Below, piece after piece: positions 10,463-22,248 of a stretch of DNA of 64,000 bases. This DNA is from an uncultured Gemmatimonadales bacterium (GTDB taxonomy: Bacteria; Gemmatimonadota; Gemmatimonadetes; Longimicrobiales; Gaopeijiaceae), in assembly GCA_963823035.1 (NCBI GenBank), contig CAWGKG010000022.1:32001-96000 (forward strand), written 5' to 3'. Made by a program: the position numbers and the translations under genes. Under the pieces are notes generated by a model. The model was not told where the DNA came from, did not search any database, and saw only the letters and a list, made by a program, of their open reading frames with translations. Every line of letters begins with the position of its first letter. Position 1 is the first letter of the stretch.

Positions 10463-11185
10463 TCAGCGCACCGCGCGAACCCATGCGTTGAAGGCCCCGG
10501 ACTCGACCGCGAGGATGGCGTCGTAGAAGTAGACCACCCACCCTCCGCCGTCGGGCGGCCGGTCGGCCGTCCAGATGAAGTTTCCGCCGCGCGAGAAGGC
10601 CGAGGCGATGTGGAACTCGTCGATCGGCTCGGGCTCCATCAGGGACATGGCCTCTTCAGCCGTGGGGAGGCGCCAGTCGGTGAACCCCGCGAAGCGGCGG
10701 CCGTTCAGGTCGTCCAGGTACGCCGCGGCGTCCTCCATCGTCATCGGCTGCGCGCTCGCCACCTTCTGCCAGGTGAGACCCGTAGCCCCGTCCTCCACCA
10801 CCACGGCGTCTCCGATCACACGCGCCGCGTACAGGTGGCGGACGCCCTTCCCACCCGGATTGCGTCGATCCTCGAAGTAGTCCAGCCGGACCAGCATGGC
10901 CTCCACCTTCGCGGAGGACAGCACGGCCGGCGCGCTCCGCAACTGGAGCGCTTCGGGCGCGGCCGAGGGCCCCGCGCTCCCGCGGGGGGCGGACGTCCCA
11001 CCGGTCGACGGGGGCTCCGTGGACGACGCATCCGCGGGGTCGTCCCCGCCGCCCCGCCCACGACGGCCCACGAGCCCCGCCTTGTTGAAGGCCGCAACCA
11101 GGGATCCCACGGCGGCGATGACGCCTGCCAGCGCGGTGAGGATCCCCGGGATCGTGGTCCAGAACGACGAACCCTCACCAGCCAT
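10463..11185 (-). CDS. DUF1566 (Lcl C-terminal) domain protein with N-terminal TM anchor
   Basis: D.ATGLTWQ, AGFTDWRLPTAEEA and terminal VRAVR. N-terminal SFWTTIPGILTALAG helix. Confidence 0.8.
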   Translation of the reverse strand: MAGEGSSFWTTIPGILTALAGVIAAVGSLVAAFNKAGLVGRRGRGGGDDPADASSTEPPSTGGTSAPRGSAGPSAAPEALQLRSAPAVLSSAKVEAMLVRLDYFEDRRNPGGKGVRHLYAARVIGDAVVVEDGATGLTWQKVASAQPMTMEDAAAYLDDLNGRRFAGFTDWRLPTAEEAMSLMEPEPIDEFHIASAFSRGGNFIWTADRPPDGGGWVVYFYDAILAVESGAFNAWVRAVR

Positions 11186-11291
11186 CGCGGCGTGCTCCTC
11201 GTCGGGGATGCGGGTGGGCGAGCGCCCGGGGACGTATAGGTGGACCGCGACGGGAGCGTCAAGGGACGCGGGTGGGGACGGGTCCGGTCCG

Positions 11292-11773
11292 TCAGGTGCC
11301 GGTGAGGACGAACCGCGCCTCGTGGCACTCGTGCGCCCCGCGGGCGGTGTCGGTGTAGACGGCGCTGCCCGTGATGACGCGTCCGCTGGCGCAGAGGGTC
11401 CCCTTGAGGACCCACATCGCCGTCCGGAAGACGTTGGTGACCCACAGAACCACCTCGTCCCCTCGCACGGCCCCGAACATCGGACCCTCCAACCCGACGC
11501 GAGGGGAGCTGCATGCTCGTCGCCGAACCCTCTTCCGAGTCCCTCGGCCGATGCACCCGTGGCGTCGAGCCACCCCGAGCCCACCAGGTAGGAGCCGGCA
11601 TGGAGCACGTCCAGGAGCCCGGTGCTCACCGTGCGGGGCGCACCACTCTCCAGCGTCTCGCTGATCTTGCACACCCAGCGGCCCGGGAGGAGCGCCGCGG
11701 ACGGGCCGACGTATGCGGCCCCCTGGTGCACGAAGGAGTACGCGGACGCGAGGATCGTCGGAGACGCGTGCAT
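11292..11773 (-). CDS. Hypothetical protein (probable frameshift)
   Basis: Two overlapping frames with protein-like composition. No family recognised. Confidence 0.35.
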
Positions 11774-11912
11774 GGGAAGAGGCTCCCGATCGAGTCGTGA
11801 AAGGCGTTGTGGGGCGCCTCTACGATGCTCTCCGGGGGATGCGCGCTGCATACGTCGGATGACGTAGGTGGGGGGTCGCCGGATACGTATCGGGCCCCCT
11901 GCCGGGGCTACG

Positions 11913-12439
11913 TCACGCCCCGTCGGGCTCCTTCGCCGGGGCGGACGACTCCTCTCCGTCACGGCCGTACACCGGCTGGCAGGGATCCCGCCCCGACGCG
12001 CCCGCCGCGCCCAGTCCGACCCAGAGGAGGAGGGTCGTATCCCGGGGCTCGCTCCAACGGGCGTCCACCTGGAGCTGCCCGCGAGCGCCCGTGCGGTACG
12101 TGAAGGGTACCGACTCGCCCCCCGCAACGCTGGCCTCGAGATGCCCCTCGCCGAGGACGTCGCGGGCCTCGAGCTCCCAGCGCCCCGAGATCCCCGCGTA
12201 CACCTGGAGGCATCCGCTCAGCGTGAGCCCGCCGGTCGGCATCGGGCGCGTCACGAAGCGCGCCCTTCCCCTGATGCACCGGAATGCTGACCCACCCCCC
12301 GCCCTGCTCGATGCCGCGCAGGAGGTCGAGCACGGACTGCGCCCCGGCGCCGGCCGGACGCGCCATCGAGCATGAGGGCGACGAGGGCGAGCGGGAGCAG
12401 CCGCCGGAGCCTTGCGAGGTCGATCGTCGGCGTGGACAT
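11913..12439 (-). CDS. Secreted hypothetical protein (frameshifted)
   Basis: GGAGAGG RBS, MSTPTIDL...LLPLALVALML signal, continuing through QSVLDLLRGIEQGGGWVSIP into ORF 11913..12254. Confidence 0.55.
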
Positions 12440-12447
12440 GCCCTCTC

Positions 12448-13419
12448 CTACACCGCGAGGCCCGCGAGAGCCCGGATCGTCTCCACGGCCGCCAGGCCGA
12501 CGCGGTGTGGCTCGTATCCGCCCTCCAGGAGCGCGACCACCCTTCCCCCGCACCGCTCCTCGGCCAGCGCGACCACCCGCGTGCCCATCGCGTGGAAGTC
12601 CTCGGGCTCGAGGAGCTGGCCCCCGAGGGGGTCGCCCGCGAGCGCGTCGAAGCCGGCCGACACCAGGACGAAGTCGGGCGCGAAGCGGGCGCTCACCTGG
12701 TCGAGCGCGAGGTCGAAGACCCGCCGGTACTCCCTCGGGGACGTGTGCGCGGCCATGGGCACGTTGAGCGTGGTGCCCCGCCCGTCCCCCGACCCCGTCT
12801 CCTCCGCGTCGCCGGTGCCGGGGTACCAGGGCGCCTGGTGCAGGGAGAGGTAGAAGACCGTCCCGTCCTCGTAGAAGGCGTCCTGCGTCCCGTTCCCGTG
12901 GTGCACGTCCCAGTCGACGATGAGGACCCGCTCGGCCCGTCCCGTCGTCTGGAGATGGCGCGCCGCCACCGCCACGTTGTTGAAGAGACAGAAGCCCATC
13001 GCGTGCTGCGGGGTCGCGTGGTGGCCGGGCGGGCGCGTGGCCACGAAGGCCGACGCCAGCCGACCGTCGGCCACGGCGTCCACCGCGGCGATCGAGGCCC
13101 CCGCGCTTCCGAGCGCCGCCTCCCACGAAGCCGGAGACACCCGCGTGTCGGGGTCGAGCGGGAGGACCTTCTGCTGCAGGTCGGCCCGGTGGCACATCTC
13201 GCGCACGTACTCCACCTGCGTGGGGGTGTGCACGAGGAGGAGGTCGTCGACGGTGGCCTCCGGCGACTCCTGCTGCTCGACGTGTCCATGCAGCGTGAGC
13301 ATGTCCTTCCCCACCGTGGACGCGAGCGCACGCAGGCGGCCCTGGTGCTCGGGGTGGCCCCACCCGGTGTCGTGCAGGGGCGAGGCGGGGTGGAGATAGA
13401 AGCCGGTGGGCGCACGCAC
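12448..13419 (-). CDS. Histone deacetylase-family (class II-like) deacetylase
   Basis: [42 protein letters not shown]. Confidence 0.93.
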   Translation of the reverse strand: MRAPTGFYLHPASPLHDTGWGHPEHQGRLRALASTVGKDMLTLHGHVEQQESPEATVDDLLLVHTPTQVEYVREMCHRADLQQKVLPLDPDTRVSPASWEAALGSAGASIAAVDAVADGRLASAFVATRPPGHHATPQHAMGFCLFNNVAVAARHLQTTGRAERVLIVDWDVHHGNGTQDAFYEDGTVFYLSLHQAPWYPGTGDAEETGSGDGRGTTLNVPMAAHTSPREYRRVFDLALDQVSARFAPDFVLVSAGFDALAGDPLGGQLLEPEDFHAMGTRVVALAEERCGGRVVALLEGGYEPHRVGLAAVETIRALAGLAV

Positions 13420-13438
13420 GCGACGGTCCGGACGCGCC

Positions 13439-16400
13439 TCAGTCGCCCGTGACCGCGGCGAGCGACGCGATCCGTTCCTGGAGCGAGCGTACCGAATGCG
13501 TACGTGACTTCAGGGCGATGAGCGCGTCGCACGCGGCCGAGGTGGCCGACATCGTCGTCAGGTACGGCGTCTTGTACATGATCGCGGCTCGGCGCATGGC
13601 GTAGTCGTCGTATTGGGATTCCTTCCCCATCGGCGTGTTGATGAGGAGGCGCACGTCGCCGCTCACGATGTGGTCGACGATGTTCGGACGCCCCTCGTTG
13701 ACCTTGTACACGCGCTGGGCCGGAAGCCCGAGGCGGGTCAGGTACTGCTGCGTCCCCTTCGTGGCCAGGATGTGGAAGCCCAGGTCGTGGAAGCGCCGCA
13801 TGATCGGCGTAACCGTCGCCTTGTCGGCGTCGTTTACCGTCACGATGATCATCCCCGGCTCTTCGGGCAGGACGTTCCCGGCCGAGACCTGCGCCTTGGC
13901 GAAGGCCATCCCGAAGGAATCGTCGAAGCCCATCACCTCGCCGGTGGAGCGCATCTCCGGGCCGAGGAGCACGTCCACGTCGAAGCGGTTGAAGGGGAAC
14001 GCCGCCTCCTTGACCGCTACGCCCGGCACGGGCGGCTCCTCCGGGACGTCGAGGTCGGCCAGCTTCTCGCCGACCATCACGCGGGCTGCCAGGCGCGCCA
14101 GCGGCACCCCGGTCGCCTTGCTCACGAACGGCACCGTGCGCGAGGCCCGCGGGTTCACCTCGAGCACGTAGACGGTGCCGGCCTTGATCGCGTACTGGAC
14201 GTTCATGAGCCCGACCACGCCCAGCTCGAGCGCGAACTTGCGCGTCAGATCCCGGATCTCGTCGAGCACCGCGCCCGAGAGGAGATAGGGCGGCAGCACA
14301 CAGGCGGAGTCGCCGGAGTGCACGCCGGCGTCCTCGATATGCTGCATGATCCCGCCGATCACGACATCCTCTCCGTCGCACAGGGAGTCGACGTCGGCCT
14401 CGAAGGCGTCCTCGAGGAAGCGGTCGACCAGCACGGGATGGTCCTCGGAGGCCCGCACGGCCTCCTCGATGTAGAGGCGCAGCGACTCCTCGTCGTAGAC
14501 GATGCGCATGCCGCGTCCGCCCAGGACGTACGAGGGGCGCACCAGCACCGGGTAGCCGATGCGGCGGGCCACGCTCCACCGCTTCCTCCTCGCTGGTGGC
14601 GATGCCGTTGTCCGGGACACGCGCGCCGATCTTGCGGCACACCTCCGCGAAGCGGTCGCGGTCCTCGGCGCGGTCGATCGCCTCGACCGACGTGCCCAGC
14701 ACGGGGATCCCCGCCCGCTCGAGCCCTTCGGCGAGCTTGAGCGGCGTCTGGCCGCCGAGCTGCACGATCACGCCACGCGGCTTCTCCAGATGGAGGATCT
14801 CGAGGACGTCCTCGAGGGTGAGCGGCTCGAAGTACAGCTTGTCGCTCACGTCGAAGTCGGTGGAGACGGTCTCGGGGTTCGAGTTGATCATGATCGTCTC
14901 GAAGCCCGCCTCCTTCAGCGCGAGCACGGCCTGCACGCAGCAGTAGTCGAACTCGATCCCCTGGCCGATGCGGTTGGGCCCGCTGCCGAGGATGACGACC
15001 TTGTCGCGGTCCGACGGGACGCTCTCCGACTCGTCCTCATAGGAGGAGTAGAAGTAGGGGGTCTCCGCCGGGAACTCGCCCGCGCAGGTGTCGACCACGT
15101 TGAAGGTGGCGTGGATGCCCGCCTCCCACCGGCGGTTGCGCACGTCCACCTCACGCTCTCCGCGCAGCTCCGCGAGCTGGCGGTCGCTGAAGCCCTCGCG
15201 CTTCATGCGTCGGAGGAAGGCGTCGTCCACCTCCGCGGCCGCCGCGTAGGCACGCTCGTTCTCGACGATCTGTCGGAGCTGGTCGAGGAACCACGGATCG
15301 ATGAAGGTCGCCTCGTGGATCTCCGTCTCCCCGATCCCCGCCTCGATGGCGCGCTTGAGCTGGAAGGGGCGGTTGGGCGTCGGCCGGCGGAGCGCGGACA
15401 GGAGCGTCTCCGGATCCTCGTCGCGGAGGCCGTCGTCCTTGAGGCGTCGCCCCGTCACCCACCCCCAGCGGCCCGTCTCCAGAGCCCGGAAGCCCTTCTG
15501 CCACGCTGAGCGGAACGTACGGCCGATCGCCATGGTCTCCCCGACCGACTTCATCTGCACGCCCAGCGTGTCGTCCACCTCGGAGAACTTCTCGAAGGCG
15601 AAGCGCGGGATCTTCACCACCACGTAGTCCAGCACGGGCTCGAAGGAGGCCGGCGTGGTCTTCGTGATGTCGTTGGGCAACTCGTGCAGGTGGTAGCCGA
15701 CCGCGAGCTTCGCGCCGACGCGCGCGATCGGGAATCCGGTAGCCTTCGAGGCGAGCGCGGAGGAGCGGGAGACGCGCGGGTTCATCTCGACGACGAGCAT
15801 CTCACCGTCCGCCGGGTTCACGGCGAACTGGATGTTGCACCCGCCCGCGGCGACGCCGATCTCGCGAATGATCGCGATCGACGCGTCGCGCATGCGCTGG
15901 TACTCGACGTCCGTGAGGGTTTGCGCCGGCGCGACCGTGATCGAGTCACCGGTGTGCACGCCCATGGCATCGAAGTTCTCGATCGAGCAGACGATGATGA
16001 CGTTGTCCGAGGCGTCGCGCACGACCTCGAGCTCGTACTCCTTCCATCCGATCACCGAACGGTCGATGAGCACCTCGGTGATCGGCGATGCGTCGAGCCC
16101 CTTCTTCACCGCGACCTCGAACTCCTCGCGGTTGTAGGCGATCCCGCCGCCCGTACCGCCGAGCGTGTACGAGGGGCGGATGATCGCGGGGTAGCCCGTG
16201 TCCTCGACGATCTCCAGCGCCTCGTCCACCGTTCCCGCGAAACCGCCGTGCGGAACCTGCAGGCCGATGCGCGTCATGGCGGCCGTGAACTGCTCGCGGT
16301 CCTCCGCCATCTCGATCGAGCGCTCGTTCGCGCCGATGAGCTCCACGCCGTACTTCTCGAGCGCACCGCTGCGATGAAGGTCCATCGCGATGTTCAGCGC

Positions 16401-16682
16401 CGTCTGACCACCCATGGTGGGAAGGAGGGCGTCGGGCCTCTCGCGCTCGATGACCTTCTCCACCCACTCCGGCGTGAGGGGCTCGATGTACGTCCGATCC
16501 GCGAGGTCCGGATCGGTCATGATCGTGGCGGGGTTGGAGTTCACCAGGACGACGCGGTAGCCCTCCTCGCGGAGGGCGCGCACCGCCTGGGTGCCGGAAT
16601 AATCGAACTCGCACGCCTGGCCGATGACGATGGGCCCGGAGCCGAGGATCAGGATGGTTTCGAGGTCGTCGCGTCGGGGCAC
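13439..16682 (-). CDS. carB: Carbamoyl-phosphate synthase large subunit (frameshift near 14580)
   Basis: [60 protein letters not shown]-terminal MGS domain. Confidence 0.97.
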
Positions 16683-16722
16683 TAGCGGCAGGGAGGGTGG
16701 TAGGCGGGGGTCGGTTGGAGCC

Positions 16723-16839
16723 TCAGTGGGTGCTGCGCTTTCCGGACTCCTTCCGAACGGCTTTGGCGAGGGCGTAGGCACACCCGCCCCAGACGAAGGC
16801 CATCACCAGGATCATCGTCGTCCAGGTCGCCGTGGTCAT
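16723..16839 (-). CDS. MetS-like NSS transporter small subunit (38 aa, not in the ORF track)
   Basis: [48 protein letters not shown], single TM with the WGG motif. Confidence 0.7.
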   Translation of the reverse strand: MTTATWTTMILVMAFVWGGCAYALAKAVRKESGKRSTH

Positions 16840-16945
16840 GAGCCCTCTCCCGCCGCTCGGCGGCCTTTCGGGGTGAAAAGTCGCAGAAAGGTGGCGCAAC
16901 CGCGGGAGGCGAGCAAGCGGACCCGCCCACGCCTCCGGGGACGCG

Positions 16946-17338
16946 TCAGCGCTCGATGTTGACCTGCACCCCGGCCGGAGGGATCACGAGGTTGGCCGGC
17001 GTGGCCGTGGAGATCACCGTGGCCGTGGGAGCGACCGAGGCGCGGTCCATGACCCGGATCCCGAAGTGCAGCGCCCCCCCCGAAGCGCTGACGAGCACCA
17101 CGCGGTGGCGCGCGGCCTCGCCGGGCTGGACCCCCAGGGACGCGCTGTAGGCCTGGGTGTCGCCCTGGCCCTCGAATCCCTCGATGCCGTCGCCGCTGAT
17201 CTCGAGGAGGACCGCGCCCAACATCTGGGGTCCGGTCACCGTCGCGGAGAGCGTCCCCGGCCCTTTGGGCCCCGAGTCGCAGCCCGCGGCGAGCGTCGCG
17301 CCGACGAGGGCGAGGGTGGCCAGCAGACGGCGGCTCAT
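16946..17338 (-). CDS. Small lipoprotein coupled to the M6 protease gene
   Basis: Lipobox LAAGC, ATGA overlap with the protease stop. Confidence 0.75.
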   Translation of the reverse strand: MSRRLLATLALVGATLAAGCDSGPKGPGTLSATVTGPQMLGAVLLEISGDGIEGFEGQGDTQAYSASLGVQPGEAARHRVVLVSASGGALHFGIRVMDRASVAPTATVISTATPANLVIPPAGVQVNIER

Positions 17339-19853
17339 CGCTTCGCCTCCCCGCCGGCCGGGGCCGGCGTCTGCCCGGCACCCGCGGCCGCGAGCGCGCG
17401 GATGGCCGCGCTCATGGGCAGACCGGGGTTCGCGAGGACCCACGCGCGGAAGTCGCCCAGGTCGTAGTTGAGATCGTGGTTGCCCTGCCGATCCAGGAAG
17501 AGCTTCTGGTCGCTCGTGAGCGTCGCCCCGGTCAGGAGGAAGGGCGAGGCGAGCTGCGCCAAGGAGATCACGGGCGCCCGCACGTCGAGCGTCACCGTGC
17601 CGTGCGTGGTGAGCCCGAGCGCGTCACGTACCCGCAGCTGCAGCGGGAAGGAGCCCGTGACCCTGGCCGAGCCGCTGAGCCGCCCGGTCACGTCGAGGCC
17701 CAGCCCCTCGGGGAGCGTGCCGCCGAGCAGCGTCCAGACGTAGGGCGCGTTCCCGTTGTCGGGCTCCAGACGGCGGTCCTGGGGCTCGGAGGCCGCGAGC
17801 TCGACCGTGACGTCCGGGAGCGCGTACGTGATCTCGAAGTCTGCGCCGGCTTGCTTGGGCGCGTCCATCGTGATCGTCGCCGGGTTGGCCTGACCCGACA
17901 GCACGCCCGTCCAGTCGATGAAGCCGAAGCCCTTCCGCGGCACGGCCTGCACCATCACCGTCGCGTCTTTCGGAAACCAGAGGTCCTCCGTGACCGGGTC
18001 GGAGACGATCGATCCCGGCGAGATCCCGTCGACGCCGCCGGTGATCTCCACAGCAAGCTCGATCTGGAGTCCGCCGTACCGGGCCGTGAGCGTCACGTCG
18101 TCGAGCGGCGTGTCCACCGTCCGCACACGCGGCGAGGTCACGGCGTCACTCCACTCGATGAAGGGGCGGCGTATCCCGTCGTCGATCGCCTCGCCGGCCA
18201 GGGCCTCGACCTGGTGCTCCTCGTAGGGGGCCGAGAGGTAGGTGTGCGAGGTGCCGGAGACCGCGGCGCCGTCGACGGTGAAGAGGCCGCCGAGCCCGGC
18301 GTCGCCCTCCGAGCGGATCGTGACGCGCGTGAAGCGGGTGGTGGCCCGGAAGCTCACGTCCTGCCCGGCGCGCCGGATGTCCAGCAACGTGAGGCCCGTG
18401 GCCGAGCCGAGCTGCGAGCGCGCGGCCGGGTTCGACGCTGCGTGGAAGACGTCGTTGCCGCTCCCGGAGCCTGCGTAGGGGAAGGGATCACCGGCGTCCC
18501 CGCGCCCACCGCCCGGCGTCTGCAGGTCCGCCCTTCCGTCCGCCTGGCGCAGCCACACGCCCTGCTCGGCGAAGGCGTTCACGCGTGTTGGACGCCCAGC
18601 GCGCACCCAGGATCGACGGGCTGATCTGCCAGACCAGGAGCCCCTGGCCCATCAGGTTGCGGTCGAAGCCCATCGCCTCGCGGTTCTCGAGGAGGAAGTA
18701 CTCCCCGGAGCCGTCCTCGGCGTCCACGCGGTAGACGGTCTCGGAGGCTCTCCACGGGCGGGAGCACGAGCGTGCCGAGGTCGGTGTCCGGATCGAGCGT
18801 GACCACGTCGGCCCAGCCGAGCACCGCCTTGGTCCAGGCCCCCATGTGGCAGGGCGTCGAGGGCGTGCGCCCGTCGCATCCCCAGGCGCCCGTGGCCATG
18901 AGGTCCCAGTTCCCCGCCCCGTTCGACTTCCCGTCCCCGTCGTACGTGTCGTAGAGGTCGGGGAGGCCGAAGGCGTGACCCGCCTCGTGCGTGAACACCC
19001 CGATCTCGTTGAGCTGAACGCCCGAGCAGGAGATCGCGGGCTGGATGAAGTAGTCGTCGACCCGGACGAAGCCGCCGTTCGCGGATGGGGTGGTCGAGGC
19101 CCAAGCGCTGTGCGAGGTGGTCGCCGAGCTCAGGCTCCACTTGTGGGACCACACCTTGTTCGAGGACTGGCTCCCACCGCACTCGGCGCCCGAGGTGGGC
19201 TGGATCACGGCCAGGGCGTCCACGAAGCCGTCGTCGTCCCCGGAGTTGGGCACGCCGTCCGGGCCGTCGTTGTCGTAGGCGCCCCAGTCGATGTCCGGCT
19301 GTGCCTCGAGCAGGGAGGTGATGAAGTCACCCACGCGGGCCGGCGGTTGGAGCCCGCTGGCCCCGCCGGCGGTCTGCGCCTGCGTGAGCGAGCCGCGTAC
19401 CCAATCGCGCACGTCGCCCTCGAGCGTGACGCGCCCGCCGGACACCTCGGAGTAGTACGCGGTGATCGTCCCCGATCCGGTGCCGAAATACGCGCTCTCG
19501 AGGCCGTCCCGCGGGTACGGGACCGTCTCGGTGGGCGAGTCGCTGTAGAGGCCGAGGAGCACCGGAATCCGAAAGGTGCCCACCACGGCTCCCTCACGTG
19601 GCCCGATCACGGACAGCGGGTCGGCGAGGCTCGCGCCCCCGCGAGGCGCGAAGGTGCGCACGAGCGTGCGCATGCGCGCGGCCCTGCCGTGCGCGAACCG
19701 GAAGGCCTCGGGGTGCTGGGCACGCCAGGCGCGGTAACCGGGAGGGAGCGGCGTTCCGTAGATCTCGGAGAGCAGCTCCACGTCCTGGGACGCGACGGGC
19801 GCCGCGAAGACCGCCAGAGCGATCGACGCGACGAGCGTGCTACGAAGGCGCAT
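17335..19853 (-). CDS. M6 (immune inhibitor A-like) secreted metalloprotease with C-terminal beta-sandwich/Ig-like repeats (frameshifts near 18745 and 18590)
   Basis: Signal peptide, YYSEVSGG, YDNDGPDG, WSHKW, HEAGHAFGLPDLYD, WDLMATG, EYFLLENR, and an Ig-like PYVW...LPEGL..GRLSG segment. Confidence 0.88.
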
Positions 19854-20016
19854 AAGGCGATCAGAACCTCGGCGAGTGGCAGACCGGTGCGATACCCGGC
19901 GTCTTCCCTGGGGGTTCCTGCCCGGACGGAGGGTCCCTCCCGGAGCGACCCGACACGGCCGCACCCTTCCAATTAGGCCGTGGCAGAGCCACGGAGCAAG
20001 GATGAAGCGGGCGCGC

Positions 20017-20586
20017 TCAGGCGCCGAGATCCTCTCCGCGGATGCCGAGCCGGGCTCCGATCGAGCGCAGGCCGTCGATCACGTTCTGGATGTGCTCGTT
20101 GCGCTCGAGCCCGATCAGCTCGATCCCGTGCGCCACGTCGTCCCGGCTCACCCCTGCCGCGAACGTCTTGTCCTTCAGCTTCTTGACCACGGACTTGGGG
20201 GTCAGGTCGTCGATGCCGGTCGGGCGCACGAGACAGCAGGCGAACACCAGTCCCGACAGCTCGTCGCACGCGTAGAGCACGCGATCGAGCTCGGTCTCCG
20301 GCGCCACGCCCGTGAAATCGGCGCGGTGGGCCAGGATGGCGTGGATCACCGGCTCCGGGTAGCCGAGCTCCTGCAGCTTCTCGACCGCCTGGAGCGGGTG
20401 CCGGTCGGGGTACTTCTCCCAGTCGAGGTCGTGCAGCAGCCCCGCGAGGCCCCAGAGGTCCTCGTCGGCGCCCCGCTGGCGGGCGTAGTGCCGCACCGCG
20501 GCCTCCACGGCGTACATGTGCTTCCGGAGGGCCTCGTTGTCGACCCATTCCTCGAGGAGGGCGACGGCCTGCGCGCGTTCGGGCAT
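20017..20586 (-). CDS. HD/HDIG-domain metal-dependent phosphohydrolase
   Basis: LRKHMYAVE, GLLHDLD, AILAH, ACDELSG, DKTFAAGVSR. Confidence 0.88.
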   Translation of the reverse strand: MPERAQAVALLEEWVDNEALRKHMYAVEAAVRHYARQRGADEDLWGLAGLLHDLDWEKYPDRHPLQAVEKLQELGYPEPVIHAILAHRADFTGVAPETELDRVLYACDELSGLVFACCLVRPTGIDDLTPKSVVKKLKDKTFAAGVSRDDVAHGIELIGLERNEHIQNVIDGLRSIGARLGIRGEDLGA

Positions 20587-20681
20587 GACTCTGGGCTGGC
20601 TAGGGGGATCGATCGACGTCGGGCGGTAGGTTGCGCTCGGCCGGCGTGGAGGTCAACGCCGGGGCGCTCGAGGACGTGCCG

Positions 20682-21332
20682 CTACACCCGCGACGAAGGG
20701 CACAGGTGCGACACCGCGCACGCCTCGCAGCGTGGCTTGCGGGCCACGCACACGCGCCGACCGTGCCAGATCAGGAGGTGCGCCAGCATCGTCCAGCGGT
20801 CCTTCGGGAACACCTCCATCAGGTCCTGCTCGATCTTCTCGGGGGTGCTCTCGCGCGTGAAGCCCAGGAGGTCGGCAAGCCGCTTCACGTGCGTGTCCAC
20901 CACCACGCCCTCGTCGATTCCGAAGGCGTTGCCGAGGATCACGTTCGCGGTCTTTCGGCCGACGCCGGGAAGGACGCGCAGCTCCTGCATGCTCGACGGC
21001 ACCTCGCCGTCGTGCTCCGCGACCACCGCGCGCGCGAAGCCGATGATGTTCTTCGCCTTGTTGCGGTAGAACCCGGTGGAGCGGACGATCTCCTCGACGT
21101 CCTCCTGGCGGGCCGCGGCGAGCGCGCCCGCGTCCGGATAGCGCGCGAAGAGGTCGGGCGTGACCATGTTCACCCGCTCGTCGGTCGTCTGCGCGGAGAG
21201 GATCGTCGCCACCGCGAGCTGGAAGGGGTCCACGAAGTCGAGCTCGCAATGGGCCTCGGGGTACTCGTCGCTCAGAAGCTCGTACACCTCCGCGGCCCGC
21301 TCCCTGCGGGCCTTCTTCGATTCCCTCGGCAT
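20682..21332 (-). CDS. nth: Endonuclease III
   Basis: ILSAQTTD, HhH motif LPGVGRKTANV, VDTHV, 4Fe-4S motif CVARKPRCEACAVSHLC. Confidence 0.95.
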   Translation of the reverse strand: MPRESKKARRERAAEVYELLSDEYPEAHCELDFVDPFQLAVATILSAQTTDERVNMVTPDLFARYPDAGALAAARQEDVEEIVRSTGFYRNKAKNIIGFARAVVAEHDGEVPSSMQELRVLPGVGRKTANVILGNAFGIDEGVVVDTHVKRLADLLGFTRESTPEKIEQDLMEVFPKDRWTMLAHLLIWHGRRVCVARKPRCEACAVSHLCPSSRV

Positions 21333-21379
21333 GCCGCGCGACTCCTTGTCGATCGAGTTCGGTTCGTTCCGGGGCGGGG

Positions 21380-22237
21380 CTAGCCCCGCAGGATCACCTT
21401 TCAAGTAGGGGAGCCGCGAGGGCACGGGTCCGCGGCCCTTCTCCCTCGTCCCCCTCCCCGCGCGCGCCCTCGCCCGGTCATGCCCCACGGTCGTGGCCAT
21501 CGCTGGGCGGCAGGTGCTTCTCGACCGCCTCGGGCACGGCGCGCTCGTACGCGAAGAGGCGTGCGGCGAGCTTGAGCACCTCCCCCGCCGCCGTCAGGGA
21601 GTAGAGCCCCTCGAGCTCGCCGCCCGGGAGCGTGGTGGCGAAGTCGTCTCCCGCCTCGCGCACGCTCGCCGCCATCCACGTGTCGGCCTCCGCCCAGGGC
21701 GCTTCCGGGAGCGGCACCACGCCCAGCCCCGGCCGCCCCTCGCGGATCCCCGTCGCGAGGAGGAGGTGGAGCGTGCCGTCCCCGGAGACCGTCCAGAAGA
21801 AGCCGTCGACCGGCTCGGCCGCGTCGTCGCCTCCGCCACCTCCGACCCAGAAGAGGTGGCGGGGAAGCTGCGCATACCCGGCGGGCGTCGGTGGATCACC
21901 GACGGCCTCCGCGGTGGGTGGGCCGCCGACCAGGAAGCGCGCCACGTGGACGTCCACCAGGTGCACCGGGCGCCCGGCGCGCACGAAGTGATAGACGTGG
22001 ATAGAGAAGCGCGATGTAGTCGTGGATCGCCTCCGAGGGCGCGTCGGGCGCCCTGGAGGCGCCGCACGGTCGCGCCCACGGAGCCGAGCATCGAGAAGGC
22101 GGCCCGGTCCGACGCGATCCACCTGGCGCGCCTCCGGCCTCGTCGTCGACGGAACGGACGAAGTCGTCGACCGCGGTCCGGTCGGGGAAGGCGAGCTCGA
22201 AGGGCGTGCGGCGGGCGTAGGCGTCGTGGAGGGGCAT
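21380..22237 (-). CDS. Hypothetical protein (several frameshifts)
   Basis: MPLHDAYARRTPFELAFP joins with AGYAQLPRHLFW...EPVDGFFW...DFATTLPGGELEGLY. Confidence 0.6.
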
Positions 22238-22248
22238 GGCGTCCCTGC

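Noticed and set aside
10463..11185. DUF1566 protein as a diversity-generating retroelement target
   Set aside because: No reverse transcriptase or template repeat was seen in the window.
13439..16682. carB pseudogene or programmed frameshift
   Set aside because: Both halves are fully conserved, there is no slippery site, and indels are found throughout the window.
21355..21372. GTTCGGTTCGTTCC upstream of nth as a second copy of the 61254 box
   Set aside because: Spacing and orientation differ from the 11-bp direct repeat.
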